DNA of 64,000 nt from Mobula hypostoma (lineage: Eukaryota), in assembly GCF_963921235.1 (NCBI RefSeq), contig NC_086118.1, positions 14,880,001 through 14,944,000 on the forward strand, read 5' to 3'. Below, one piece after another: positions 51,173-64,000 of this stretch; position 1 is the first letter of the stretch, and the number at the start of each line of letters is the position of its first letter. Made by a program: the position numbers and the translations under genes. The notes beneath the pieces were generated by a model. The model saw only the letters and a list, made by a program, of their open reading frames with translations. It ran no database searches and was not told where the DNA came from.

Positions 51173-51944
51173 TTTGGCAAATGGAAGATGACATGGGGCA
51201 CATGGCTGCTTTGAGATCTGAAGAATTATTGAAGCTAAAATGCTCGTGTAGGAAGGAGAGAATCTTTCTAATGGGATACCAGCGACTGTTCTGGCACAAA
51301 AGTCACCGTCAATTTTATTATCACTTACAAAAGTAAAATTATGCACAGGTGCAATAAAAACTTACTTGTAGCAGCATGATGGACAAATATCTTTAGGGAT
51401 GCATAATATCCACAAGAAAACCATAAATTAAACAAGAAAGAACACAAGTAGAACAAAGAAGTCCCACTGAAGGCAAAGTATTTACAGTGTTGCTCTTCTT
51501 CAGTAGTGACCAGTATTGTGCTGTTTGGTTCAAGAACCAAACGGTTGAAGGGAAGTTGCTGCTTTTTTGGAACCTATTAGTGTTTCTGTGCAATATGTTC
51601 TATGACCTCTACATTTACATGGAAATTCTGCTTAATCTATCCATATCTAATCAAAACATTGTGAAGTTGCTGAGATAAGTTAATATTTCCAGCCTGACCT
51701 CTGCCAATGTGGTCCACACCCAACATCTGACTTACAACACCCACAAGCTGACTAGAACAATGTTTGTGGCAGGCGTATATATATATATATAGCCTTTTTT
51801 TCTAAACATAACTACTCCATCATCGCCTTAGTGCTTGAGTATTAAAGGGATGTTGAGGGATGACTTTCATTTATTTGGCTGAAGGGTTCTTTATTCTAAA
51901 TATTCCATGTATATATTTTATAAATATATACCTTAATTTTATAG

Positions 51945-52885
51945 GTGCACTCTATAAGGCATCCTATCCAGATGCATCAGATTGTCATGGCAACTGCTCT
52001 GCCCAAGAAAGCAAGAAATGGTAGAGTTGAGAACACACCCAAGTCTATCACACCAAGCAACCAAATTCTCCTCCATTGACTCCATCTGCCTTTTCTACTG
52101 ACTCAGGAAAGCAGCTAACATAATCAGGGATCACTCTCACGCCAGTCATTCACTCTTCCCCTGTCAAGCAGAAGATGCAGGAACCCGAGAGCATGAACCA
52201 CCAGACTCAGGGACATAAATATCATTTTCAAGATAACACAGTGGCACCTTTACTTTCTTAGAAGTTTACACAGGTTTGGCGTGCCATCTAAAACTTTGAC
52301 AAACTTCTATAGATACACAGTGGAAAGTATCCTGACTGGTTGTATCCTGGCCTGGCGTGGAAACATCAGTGACCAAGAATGAAAATGCCTACAAAAAGTG
52401 GTTCATTCAGCTCAGTCTATCACAGGAAAAGCCCACTCCACAGTGAGCACATCTACAAGGAGCACTGCCACAAGAAAGCAGCATCCATCATCAAGGACCC
52501 CCACCATCCATGTTGTGCTCTCTTCTCACTACAACCATCAGGATTGAGGTAGGGGAGCACTAGGTCCCATACTAGCAGGTTTAAGAACATCAGGTTCCTG
52601 AACCAACGTGGACATCTTCACTCACCACAACACTGAAATGATCACTGAACACAACCTATGAACTCACTTTCAAGGCCGCTACAACTCATGTCCTCAAGAT
52701 TACTTATTTATGAGCTATTATTATTACTTGTTTCTTTTTCTATTTGCACAATTTTTCAGTCTTTGTTCATGTGCAATTTTTAATTGCTGTTATTATATTT
52801 CTCTGTTCTACTGCATGAAAATGAATCGCAGGGTAGTATGTGGTGACATATATGTACTTTGATAATAAATTCACTGTTAACTTTG
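51945..52885 (+). mobile_element. Two Rex1 LINE 3' fragments
   Basis: NFYRYTVESILTGCILAW.., KKAASIIKDPHHP; 3' UTR ending ..ataataaa..ctttgac. Confidence 0.78.
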
Positions 52886-53984
52886 ACTCTTAAAAATACC
52901 TTTCTTATGATAAAAGATGAACACTTGAATTTGTGATCTTCCAATCTATCTCATTGTGGTTCTTGCTCTTTAAGTATCTGCCTGCACTGCTATTTCTCTG
53001 TAACTGCAACATTATATTCTGCATTGTTTTTAATTACTATTTGTATGGCATGCAAAATACTGTCTAATTGCATCTGACAATAATAATAATTTAAAAATCT
53101 TCCAAGTAAGGCATCACCTGGAGAAGAAGAAACAGGGCTAACATTTCATGTGGAAGGATCTATATCCTAGCTTCTGCTAGACCGCGGAGTGAATACTGTA
53201 CTTTCTGTTTTTGTTTCAGATTTCCAGCACCTGTAGTGATTGATTTTTATGTGGAACTTAATTGACAATTATTTCCCAAAACCATACTCTAACTAAAAAG
53301 AGCTTTAAGCAGACCGACAGCTTTATCCAATCACTAAACTCTTCAGAACTGCTATAAAATAAAAACACACTTTCTGTTGGCACAGACATGAAGTCATTTA
53401 GGAGCGATTTTGTTACTTAATGTGTACATACAGAGTCTACATCAACAGTTTGAAACGAAAAATATTTCTAAACTTTCCTTAGCCTTGAGGACTTATTAAG
53501 TGAAATAGGCATTCCCAGGCTAATCCTCTCCCACTTTGCTTGATTCCTCATGTAGGTACAGCACCCACGTTCTTTTCCTCACCACCACGCTGACATATTG
53601 AATTCGTGCTTTGGCCATTCATTGAGAGAACTGGCTATACCTCATCTGCTAAAGGGCATCAACACTTCATACACACTCCATCAGCGCTGCATATTTTCCA
53701 TTTGAAGGCTGCATTCTAGCAGATACTGTAATTGTCAGCTCTCACTTCACCTGCACTTCTGTTGAATCTGACCTGCAGCGTTCTCCATATTGATGTGTTT
53801 TCCCCTAGTCTCCCAAAAGACATCAGGCTAATGACTACAGTAAATTATTACCACAGTAACTGGTTATTGGGAGACGCCAAGGTTAATAATCACCATGTAT
53901 CAAAGAATAGGTCATTGGGAATTAAGTGGAGGAGGGAGATTAAAAAGATTATCCGAAAGCTAGCATTTAAATTACATGAGATGA

Positions 53985-54725
53985 ATGGTAAATTGATAAA
54001 TTGGTTTGTTATTGTCACGTGTACTGAGGAACAGTGAAAATTTTGTCTTGCACGCAATTGACACAGACCAATTCACTGCAGCAGTACATTAAGAGCAGTG
54101 CAGGTAAACAATAAGGTGCAAGGTCATTATAAGGTAGATTGTGAGGTCGAAAGTCTATTTTATTGCACTAGGCAACCAATCTTATAAAATCAGAATGGAA
54201 GTTCTTCTAACAGGCTTAAAAACGTGCTTTCAGGCTTTGAATCCTCTGCACAATAGGACAGGGTACAAAGGAGAATGCCGGAAATAGGTGGAATCTTTGA
54301 TTATGCAAGCTGTTTTACTGAAGCAATGGGAAGTGTAAACTGAGCCCAGGAAGGCAAGTTTGTTTTCTGTAATGTGTTAACGTGTGTCCACAGCTCTGTG
54401 CAGTTTCTTGCAGTCACGGGCAAAGTAGTTGCTATGCAAAGCAGTTATGGTAAGACGCTTTCTATGGTGCATCGCGGAAAATTGACGAGGGTCAACAGAC
54501 ATGCCTAATTTCTTTAGCCTCCTGAGGAAGTAGAGGCACTGATGAACTTTCTAGGCCATGGCATCAGCCTTTGAGCTGAATCTGGCTACACAGTGAAGAA
54601 GAGTACGGGGGCTGAGAATGCAGCCTTGTGGGCACTCAGTGTTGAGGATAATCAAAGCAGAGGCTTTGCTGCTTATCCTTGCTGACTGTGGTCAAGGATG
54701 CAGTTGAGTCCCAGGTCTAGGAGTT
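53985..54725 (-). mobile_element. Degenerate Rex1 LINE fragment
   Basis: Shares the cctgaggaagtagaggcactg (LYFLRR) and CPQG motifs with the other Rex1 copies. Confidence 0.65.
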
Positions 54726-55059
54726 TATTGATAAATGGTCTCATCCTATCTCATAAAGAAAGCATGAAATATGTACGTAAAACCCATCTCGTTTTCCTGG
54801 CCCTTTGTTCATCCCTCCTCCCACACCGGCCCCATCTGTTCATCATCTCCTCCTATTTGATTCCCATTACACCAACCAAATCACACCTGCTTTCATACTG
54901 TTTTATACTGGTAATCCTTCTAGTTCTCTCTCACTTCTGATTCAGCCCAAAATGAGACTCACATTTTTGCCTTCACAGATGCTGAGTGACCCACTGAGCT
55001 CTTTCAGTAATTGCAATATGCCCTACAGTGGAGGACGTTATAACTAGTTGCTTCATCAT

Positions 55060-55470
55060 TTGACATGGAGGCTCCAGGGTGCACAATGGTAAAAAGACTG
55101 TGAAGGGTTCTCGACTCAGCTAGCTCCAACATGGGCACAAAGGACACTTTCAGAAGTCTGTGCCTCCAGACGGTTGAATCCGTCATTAAGGATCCTCACC
55201 ATCTAGGACATACTATCTTCTTATTACTACCAACAGTGGTGAGGTACAGGAGCCTGAAAATCCACACTCAATGTTTTAGCAACAACTTCTTCTCCACCAC
55301 CATTAGATTTGTAAATGGTTCATGAACCCTTGAATACTACATCGGTATTCTTCTTCTTATTTTTTTTTTACTTATTTTTTTTAAATTGTAGTAACTTTTA
55401 TGCACTGTACTACTGCCACAAAACAATAAAATTCACAACATATGCCAGTGATAATAAACCTGATTCTAAT
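55060..55470 (+). mobile_element. Rex1 LINE 3' fragment
   Basis: SVIKDPHHLGHTIFLLLP..RYRSLK..NNFFSTTIRFVN; same 3' UTR as other copies. Confidence 0.78.
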
Positions 55471-58400
55471 TTTGCTTTTTTTGTTAATGAATAATGAACG
55501 GTTGTCTCTTCTCTACCCACCCTAATCTTGATCATCTGGTTATCCTATAAATGGTTGCCAAACTCCCATATTTCTTGTGGCTTGATTATGTCATCCGAGC
55601 ACAACATATGGTTTAACTTCATCACATGATGTCTGATCATGAGATACTTTATAATTTTCAACTGGCATTGGACTTGCATTGTAAAAATAGTGATTCCCAT
55701 ACAAAATGAGCACCTTTGCTTCTGTTTTCAAATCAGCAGCTTTCATATCAGGAATCAGAAAACTTTCAGGAAGACAAACCAGGTGCACTGTTCAAAGCAC
55801 ATTTCTTTCAAAAGCTAGAAGTAGATTTTCACCGGTCTCCCATACAATCCAGAAAGAGAACATTGTAGGATAACCCTGAAATAACCCATTGCGTAGCTAA
55901 CAGGTTAAACAGCAGGACCGGTCCGAAATATGATTTTCTAAGTCAACTTCCCAGTTGCATTGCTTTGGATAATACTATTAACTGGGACCATCAAGTGGCT
56001 AGGACAAGCCAAACTAATACAGAATACTACTTGAGGTCCAGAGCAGACAGCTCTGGATAATGGCTTGTCTCTTCAAATTCACAGCTCAGATCTTCTGCTA
56101 ATGTTTACCTCAGAAGTTCAAGATAATGACTAGAGGTCATTGTTTGGAAACACAAGAAATGACAGACGCAGGGATCTGGAGCAAATCACAAGATGCTGGA
56201 GGAACACAACAGGTCAGGCAGCATCTATGGAGGGAAACGATCAGTCAATAATCGATCCGAAATCCTTCATCTGGACAGATGGTGAAGGATGAAAGTCCCA
56301 ACCGGACCATGCTGTTTGACCATATAAAAGCTTAACTAGGCTATTTACAAAAAGAAATTGGTTTCCATTGGTCACATGGTCAGTCTTTGCCACTTACTAT
56401 CATACTGGATTCAGAGTATATAACCACTATTTTTCTGACCAAGATGTCTGGATATTGTTGTGAAGAAACAAAGCTCATTAGATCTTAAAGTGGCATTTCC
56501 AGGCATTTTGATACTTACATCATCTCATCGCTTAATCTCAACTTGTGACCACACCAAATATGGCAACATGCACTATGAGTAGAATAAAAGATGTGGCTGT
56601 ACACTGTGGTACATTATTGTAGTTGGATTAGTTGTTAAACTGGTTCATAACAACCTAAGGATATGTAAAAGGCTGACTTACAACCATTCTAGTCATATAT
56701 TAGTCAGTAAAGAGCTACCACCTATGCAGCTGAATCATATATTATGCACTGATGCAAAGCCAAAACATTTTATAAAACTGCACAGCGTTCATTTCGTTGA
56801 CCCACCTCCCCTCACATCGCTTATAGGATGGATATCAAATAGGTTTTGTTATTGAAATAACAGTAGATTATTTTACAATCAAGATGGTGGAAGATATATT
56901 TAAATCCCATTCTTATACACTTAAATTTGAAAACAACTTGAAAACATTGTGCTCATTGTGTGAAGACGCAGAAGTACTGCTGACAAGAATTGTTTGCTCC
57001 TTCCAGCACTGGGTGATACCATAAGGCAAAGCTAACAAGCACTATCTGCCAGGATGAAGAGTTAACATTCCTTTAACTGTGTAAAAAAGCCACAGTCTCA
57101 GCCTCAGAACAACACTCCCATTCGAATCTTTCATTTTCCCACACCAACAAATGTGTGGTCCCTCTGAGAGAGAAAGGCCATTCAGGCATAGTCTTGGCCA
57201 ATGCCCATAATGAGTGATTAAAACCCTTGTCATGCAATAACTTCCTCTGAAGGGAAGCCCTACCATACACATCCAATATAACTTAAATCCTCACATTTTA
57301 TAACTGAAATTGTTATGGCCTGGAACAATTCCAAACCTGCTCACACTGAGCAGAGTTCCACATGCAACATTTGAGAGACTGTGATGATTCATTTGGTTTG
57401 AATGTGCATGAAACAACTTCAAAGATTTGTTTCTGCCTTTTGACAAAAAAAGAGTTGAATTTAATTTTCAAACTTGGTCACAACAGTCTTTTTATTTGGG
57501 ATAAAATGATCATTTCCAGTGAAACTACATGTAGTCATTTACAAGGACAACTAAAAGATTATAACAGTATTAAATCTACAAGAAAGACATTCTTCATTAT
57601 TCATCCTTGTTGCTGAGAGCACAGCCCTAATGTTAATGCACTGATTGAAGCTAAGATTTTTTTTTGCTCTCGTACACTTTCCCAAAGTGGCCATTCTTTC
57701 TAATTACAACACAGAAGGGGACCATTCAGCCCATTTGATCTATGCCACAATCAGATTTATTACACTAATTTATATGATGTGAAATTACTGGTTTGTGCCA
57801 GCAGTACAGCGCAAAGATATAAACTTTAACTTATAATTAAATTTAATAACTTAAACAGTGCAAACAAATATAATGAGGTTAAAAATAATAAGGTAAAAAA
57901 AAGGAATAACAAGCTTCCAGTACAGCAATCCCATTAGCACTATTTTCCCTGTGACTCCCCTTTGATTATTTTTGTCATTGAGCTACACCAGCAGGTAGCT
58001 TGCAGCAGTTATTTCACTTTACAGTACCTTTATGATCTATGGGAAGAAACCAAAGCATTCAGGGGAACCACACTCAGTCAGGTAAAAGGTGTGTAAACCC
58101 CTCTCAAAGAGCAGGTGAGGTCTGGATTGAACTCAGAACCCTGGAGCTGAACAAGCACCAACAGCATTCAAAGTTAGGCCAAACCAGCATCCCTGCAGCT
58201 ACATGGCACCCTCACATGCCAGTTTCGGCAGCAGGAGAGATGTTCAATTGTTGGATCATAAGGTTTCATAATTAATCTCAATCTTCTGCTGCGTTGTGAA
58301 CCCATGAATTCACTCCAACAGCACTGAGCCTAATCTGATTGGTCTGCTACTTAATCCAGAGGCTTTGTGGACAGCTATGGCTCTTTAATGCCCTGGCAAG

Positions 58401-59579
58401 TACCAGCCAACTTGTCAACAGTGTCAGTCCAACCAAATAGCCTTGTGGGCTGTATATTCCAGTATGGCACACATAGCTTTTCATTAGAATGGTGAACTTG
58501 CATGCAAAAACTGTTTCACATTCACATTGAGGAAACCTTAGAATTTTATCCTATAATTTATGGTATGCAGCTCATTCCACAGATAAGTCCCAAACAGTAC
58601 CAAGATAAATTACCTCAGGTCATTTTGATGCAAGCAGTGGAAATCGATTTTAGGCACATGGAATTATAAAATGGTTGCTTTTTGGGAAACTACTTTGCTA
58701 TTATGGGAGAAGTTACTGTAATTTGCATTCCTTACATTCTTTAGTGAGATTGATTCTAAATAAATTTCCTACTGGCATGTAGCAGACATCTGAGGCATAA
58801 ACCCACTTTATTTCCCTCTCTTTAGCTGGAATAAGATTTAATACATACTCTATTATTAAGAGTTTCTTGACATTCAATCAGCCAAACTCTTAAATAATGC
58901 ATTTAACCGAATGCCATGATATATTTCTGTAACCTGGCCATTTGTGAGGTGAAGTCATCTGCAGTTTTATGTGTTAAATACAGAATGTGGAGATGCCTGC
59001 AGAAATTATATTGGTCTATGTTTTTGTTTAATCATTGGCAATCTTCAGAAAGTACACTGACTACTAGAAAATGGGCAATTATCCGCAGGTACATCAAGGC
59101 ACTGGAAAAGTACGAGCTATGCTCTCTCCACAAAAGCAACTGGCAAACCAGCTTCAGTGTTCTCTCCCAAACCAACCCCAGCATGGAAATCATGATTACA
59201 CCAAGATGAAGGCACTGGACAGACCTCATCATTTATGAGCCAACAAAAAATTCCTAAAACATACTATTCTCAGTACTGTCACAGGAAGTAATTACTCCGA
59301 TCAGGCAGTCAGAGAAAAAGATTCAAAGAAAAACTAAAGGCCTCATTGAGAGAAGGCCAAATGACCTCATTTAGTGGGCACCTTGAAAATCCCTGCTTCA
59401 CTCTCTAGACCAGGGGTGGGGAACAATTTTGAATGTGTGTCCAGATCTTCCAAAAAAATTCTCTCGCATACCATGGTAATTTTGAGAAGAATATATCATT
59501 GATTAATTAATTAGTCACAATAATTATAGGTATTTTTTAAGGAAAGGTTTGAGACCAGTCACTTATTTACGTGTATTAT

Positions 59580-59995
59580 AAACACAAGAGATTCTGCAAG
59601 TGCTAGAAATCCAGGGCAACACACATACAATGCTGGAGGAACTCAGCAGGTCAGGCAGGATCTATGGAGAAGAACAAAACGTTGATATTTTAGGCTGAGA
59701 CCCTTCATTAGGACTGGACAGGAAGTAGGTTGAGGGGGAGGGAGTATGTTAGAAGGTGACTGGTGAAGCCAGGGGAGCAGGAAGATAATTGGGTGGGGGA
59801 AGAGGAATGAATTGAGAAGATGGGAGGTGATAGGTGGAAGAGATAAAGGGCTGAAGACGGAATCTGATAGGAGAGTAGACAATGAAAGGAAAGGTAGGAG
59901 GAGGGGCAGCAGAGGGAAATGACAGGCAGGTGAAAGTGGTAAGAGGGGAACGACAATGGGAAATGGATAAAGACAAGAGGGGCGAGAGGTAGGAA
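59580..59995 (-). mobile_element. Penelope-derived pseudo-LTR fragment with degenerate hammerhead-like motif (~59680-59716)
   Basis: Reverse complement ccagtcctaatgaagggtctcagcctaaaatatc; shared family terminus. Confidence 0.75.
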
Positions 59996-61584
59996 ACAGC
60001 CAGTAAATCCATCTCACTGATTTCTAAGTCCAGATTTCCGAACAGACAATGAACCCATAAACACCACCCCTGAAGAGAGAAAAATACAGTGAGATAGTGT
60101 TCATGGGTTCATCGTCCATTCAGAAATCAGAATTCAGGAATGTTCAATATTGTGGGGAAAGGGAGAGAATTAAGACTATAGATCAATAAGTTTTCATCAG
60201 AACTGAAATGCTAACTCTCCCTCTCTACAGATGCTGCCTGACCCACTTACTATTTCTAGCATTGTCGACATATATTTCAAATTTCCAACATTTGCATTTT
60301 CCGCTTTTCATTCATTTCTTGATAGCTTGAGCTGCTTGCAAACAGTCTGACACATTGCCTTCAAAACAACAGCAGTTAGACATCAAAAGTACTGTAAATT
60401 GTAGAATATAAAAATCACTTCAAATGCAAAGGAAATGAGAGATGATGGATGAACCCAAGTTATACCTTGTATAACAAAGAAGCTTTATATAAATCCAGAA
60501 AACTACCTCGCGCTCCCAGAATATGAAAAAGGTAATGAATATGCCATGCAGCTGCATAAAAGAACATGATAACATTGGGCTAGGAAAGCGCTCTCTCTCT
60601 CCCTCTCCCTCTCACACACGCACAAAATCATTTTCCTTGGTAGTACCTTATGATCAAAGTCAACTTGCTTTCACAGGTGATGCACAGGATGTGATTGGGT
60701 GGATAGATTCCAAGATCGACTCCTTCAACTGCACATTCAGGACCTCTGCATGATCCTGATGCATGGAGCTGAAGACGTCAAAGATCTCAAAGCCATCCAG
60801 AATGTTTCTTCTGCGCTCAGAGCAGTCATAAGCCAGAAATTCCCAGGATTTTGCTGTTGTTACACTCTGTCATTGGGACTTTGGATAAAACTTGATCTTT
60901 TCCCCTGATTCCTTTGATATGGCTCAGTGTTTCAGGAATCTAGCTTAGGCCATGCAAATGATGAGGCCTATCCAATGTAGCCACTATGTATAACTTTGGG
61001 CCTGAAAGCTGAGGCCAAACCGCACAAACTGTGGTCTGCCAGTCAAGTAGTCCATTATCCAGGATACAATGGAAGTGCAAACCTGCGTTGAATGGAGCTT
61101 TTGACCTCAACAATGAGGGCCATGCGGTATTGAAGGCTCTTCAGAAACCAAAAAAACATGATCCTTACAGTGCTACCCTGCTGATACAAATGGGAGTTTT
61201 TGCTTGCCCCCTTGCTTTACATCAAGGTAGTTACATTTTGGAGTGATCTGTCTTGGTCTATTCTATTTGTATGCACATTTATGCACGTCTCAGTACATGC
61301 GATAATAGAACAAATAATAAAAAAAATACCAACCAATGAATCTCATTCTAATCTAAAAATTACTGCTGACATTCCACAATGTGAATTTATTATGTATATT
61401 ACCTGTGAATTCACCTTACAACAGGGTGGGTCACAGAAATACACAAACCATTTTGCACTGCCCATAAGGGAATGAAGACAGCCATTAAATGTTTAGCTTT
61501 TAAGATGCAGCAACTGCGAGATAATAGGAAGTTACAGTAGTAGGAGTATATCACAGAGCAATTTAAAGCTTGATGATGGAATAG

Positions 61585-61871
61585 GGCAACACACATAAAA
61601 GTTGCTGGTGAATGCAGCAGGTCAGGCAGCATCTCTAGGGAGAGGTGCAGTCGACGTTTCAGGCTGAGACCATTCGTCAGGACTAACTGAAAGAAGAGTG
61701 AGTAAGGGATTTGAAAGTTGGAGGGGTAGGGGGAGATCCAAAATGATAGGAGAAGACAGGAGGGGGAGGGATGGAGCAGGACTAACTGAAGGAAGAGTGA
61801 GTAAGGGATTTGAAAGTTGGAGGGGGAGGGGGAGATCCAAAATGATAGGAGAAGACAGGAGGGGGAGGGAT
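61585..61871 (-). mobile_element. Penelope-derived fragment with ~99-bp internal tandem duplication
   Basis: Near-identical to 7950-8135 and 41481-41659; the unit caggactaactgaa..ggagggat is present at 61678-61772 and 61777-61871. Confidence 0.88.
61649..61684 (-). ncRNA. Minimal type I hammerhead-ribozyme-like motif (Penelope-associated), intact core
   Basis: Minus strand AGTC-CTGACGA-A-TGGTCTCAGCCT-GAAAC-GTC-GACT; same architecture as 41536-41571. Confidence 0.55.
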
Positions 61872-63489
61872 AATGGAATAGGGTTAGTGATTATTGCAGT
61901 AGCCAATGGGTTGAAGGTAGAGCAACTCATGACTTGCAGCTTAGAGTCTGTGGAACAGTAATAAAGACAATTTACTCAGAAAAAAATATATCTCTAATGA
62001 TGGAGAAAACAGCAATCAAAGCAACTTCTCACAAGAAAAGCAGGGTCATTTCTGTGGAAGACTGCACTGAATAGAGAACAGCTACCATAAACTTCAATCT
62101 CAGTCATGTAGGGGAGGTATAGAACACAACTGGGTTCAAGAACAGCACATTCTCTTCAACCATTCAGTTCTTGAACCAACTGACAAAACACTGATAAGTA
62201 CTACAGTTTAACAATACTATGGCCTCTCTGATCACCTTGCACTAAATGGACTTTGCTTCTCTTGTTCCAATTGTGTGATTGTATTTCTTGCAAATTTGTC
62301 TCTATTTTATGTTTTCCTTGTGAAGGCTGTTTATATGATGCCATGTGCCTGTCAAGCTGCCGTAAGCCCTTCATTGCATCTGTACAAATGACAATAACTG
62401 ACTCAAGTACAGCTTGATTGACAAGACTATTATTGAAACCTCATCCCTTACTTAGATTACCATCAGTGTATCCATCTTCATTATTCCACTGACTTAACTG
62501 TAGGAGTCAATGCTATGCCAATTTCCACAGCAGGGATTCTGGGAATTGGTGGGTGGCAGCAAGCAGGAAAAGAAACACTTAAGATTGACACATCCATCCT
62601 CATCAAATAAGGTTGAAAGAAGGTCAGCCTTTGTTTCTCTGCCTCTCTAGATCCAATTGTGACTGTAAAGGGCGCAGAAATCATTAGCTGAAGGCAGACC
62701 GAGACTCTCCCAGTCCAAAGCATAAGCATTATTTATGTCTACAATATAAACTGTTGGTTAGGTAAGGTATTGTAAATCTGGATGTGAATTTACTCCACAC
62801 AAGGATACAGTATTTCTATTGTGTTACTTTTATTCATGTCATAATCAGTTAGCAACTGAATGAATACAGTTTACACAGCAAGGTTCAATTTGTTCGTACA
62901 GTAAGCCTGTACATGTTGCTCAAATCAACCTAATCTCATGAACATTTTACATTACTGCAAAATAAATATAATCAAGCTTCATCAGAACCAGACTGTTTCC
63001 CAAGTGAACTCACATAATGCCTTTTCATCCATTTCCCATTCTCACTGATTAAACCATCATTTCAAAATTGCCTTAGCTTTCAAATCCCTCCATGACCACT
63101 TCCCTCCTCACCAGAATAAAAAAAAATCAGGTTTATTGGAAACAACTCGGAAAATGTGTAGCTCGGGTGGTTGATGGTTGGGTTGAGTTGTTATCTGACC
63201 TTGACAATTTCCTTGCAAAAATAAAAATAATAACGTTTCATCACCACGTGAGGAGACATCGTCAAAGTGCTGTTGATCGTGGTGTGTCCTCTGAATGCAT
63301 GTCTTTATATACTTTTCGATCAGCTGATTGGTCATCATTTGGAAACTCAATTGTGATGTGGAGAAAAGACCTTGTCGCTGATTGGTTGTGCGGTCTACTT
63401 CATGTGTTGTGGTCTAGAATTTTGCCCTCATCGGCTCATAAATAGAATCGAGGTCTATGTGTTTGTTTACAGAATTGTTTGTGGAAAAT

Positions 63490-63845
63490 CACGCTTCTGT
63501 AAATTGCCAAGAGCAGAGAACAATTCAACCCAACTGTCAGGTTTACTGTCACTGACATTGGTCATGAAATTTGTTGTTTTGTGGCAGCAACAGAGTGTAG
63601 GCATAACAAATTACCAGAAGCTACAATAAATAGTGCAAAAGAGGAATAGCAAGAAAGTGTTGATGGACCCATTCAGAAATCTGATGGCAGAGGGGAAGAA
63701 GCTGTTCCAAAAACATTGGATGGGAGTCTTCAGCCTCCTGTATCTCCTCCCTAATGAGAAGTGGACATGTCTCTGGTGTGAAGAGCCTTTATGATGGATG
63801 GCTGCTTCTAGAAGAGGCACAGCCTTCTGGAGGCTGCTGTCTAGT
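63490..63845 (-). mobile_element. Rex1 LINE 3' fragment
   Basis: GRRYRRLKTPIQCFWNSFFPSAIRFLNG. Confidence 0.78.
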
Positions 63846-63936
63846 GGAGTACCACAGGACGTTGGAGTTGGGACCTTGCTATTTATATAAATGATTTGGA
63901 TGCAAATGCACAAGTATTGATCAGTAGATTAGTTGG

Positions 63937-64000
63937 TGGCATCCGTTAGTCTCGTGAGACCATGGATCTGCACCTGGAAGGTTTCCAGGGTGCAGGTCTG
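63937..64000 (-). mobile_element. 3' end of an RTE-type LINE or its partner SINE (continues beyond the window)
   Basis: ggcatccgttagtctcgtgagaccatggatctg is the reverse complement of the SINE tail at 19045-19079. Confidence 0.65.

Larger units (their letters stand above)
1..64000 (-). other. GAS7: Window lies within the GAS7 transcription unit (introns of >29 kb, 3433 bp, 13293 bp and >17.9 kb)
   Basis: Three colinear in-frame exons. The preceding WW exon (LPPGW..YYVN) and the following exon (..EWSYCDYFW) were not found by eye, so they probably lie outside the window. Confidence 0.8.

Noticed and set aside
59411-59520. hAT/Charlie MITE starting CAGGGGTGGGGAAC after CTCTAGAC
   Set aside because: Only one terminus is visible, with no matching TIR or second TSD, so it is not listed as a feature.
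60640-60910. Short ORFs in unique-looking sequence as the missing GAS7 WW exon or a nested gene
   Set aside because: No frame gives the expected LPPGW..YYVN motif or any domain I recognise.

Overview
Eukaryotic, repeat-dense vertebrate DNA, most likely from a cartilaginous fish (shark or ray). This is inferred from the repeat landscape: HE1/V-SINE-like SINEs, CR1, Rex1/Babar, Penelope, HERO and fish-type L1. The window appears to lie inside the GAS7 gene on the minus strand. Three short coding exons (34846-34923, 31327-31412, 17980-18033) splice in frame with canonical AG/GT sites to give (E)TTWERPTSTPGTPKTAMTQMNSMLT|VNGFHSSGSLSHHSESQHVSLRKTSSDPQ|SPGVGSPARRQSKESHIT, the end of the WW domain plus the linker before the F-BAR domain. 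I did not find the flanking exons in the window. The rest is intron, filled with decayed and nested transposable elements; nearly all ORFs in the supplied track are TE remnants or noise. Most notable observations: (1) about a dozen Penelope-derived repeats carry an ultra-minimal hammerhead-ribozyme-like motif, and two copies with intact cores lie in the same intron, sense to the GAS7 pre-mRNA. (2) There are twin-priming-type 5' inversions in an L1 and in Penelope copies, bounded by TSDs. (3) A hAT element with 133-bp TIRs and a perfect 8-bp TSD carries a LINE fragment. (4) A candidate internal GAS7 promoter and alternative N-terminus sits in front of the 54-nt exon. (5) RFX X-box motifs recur in unique intronic DNA. 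No prokaryotic system, CRISPR array, rRNA or bona fide tRNA gene is supported. TE boundaries are approximate unless TIRs or TSDs are quoted.
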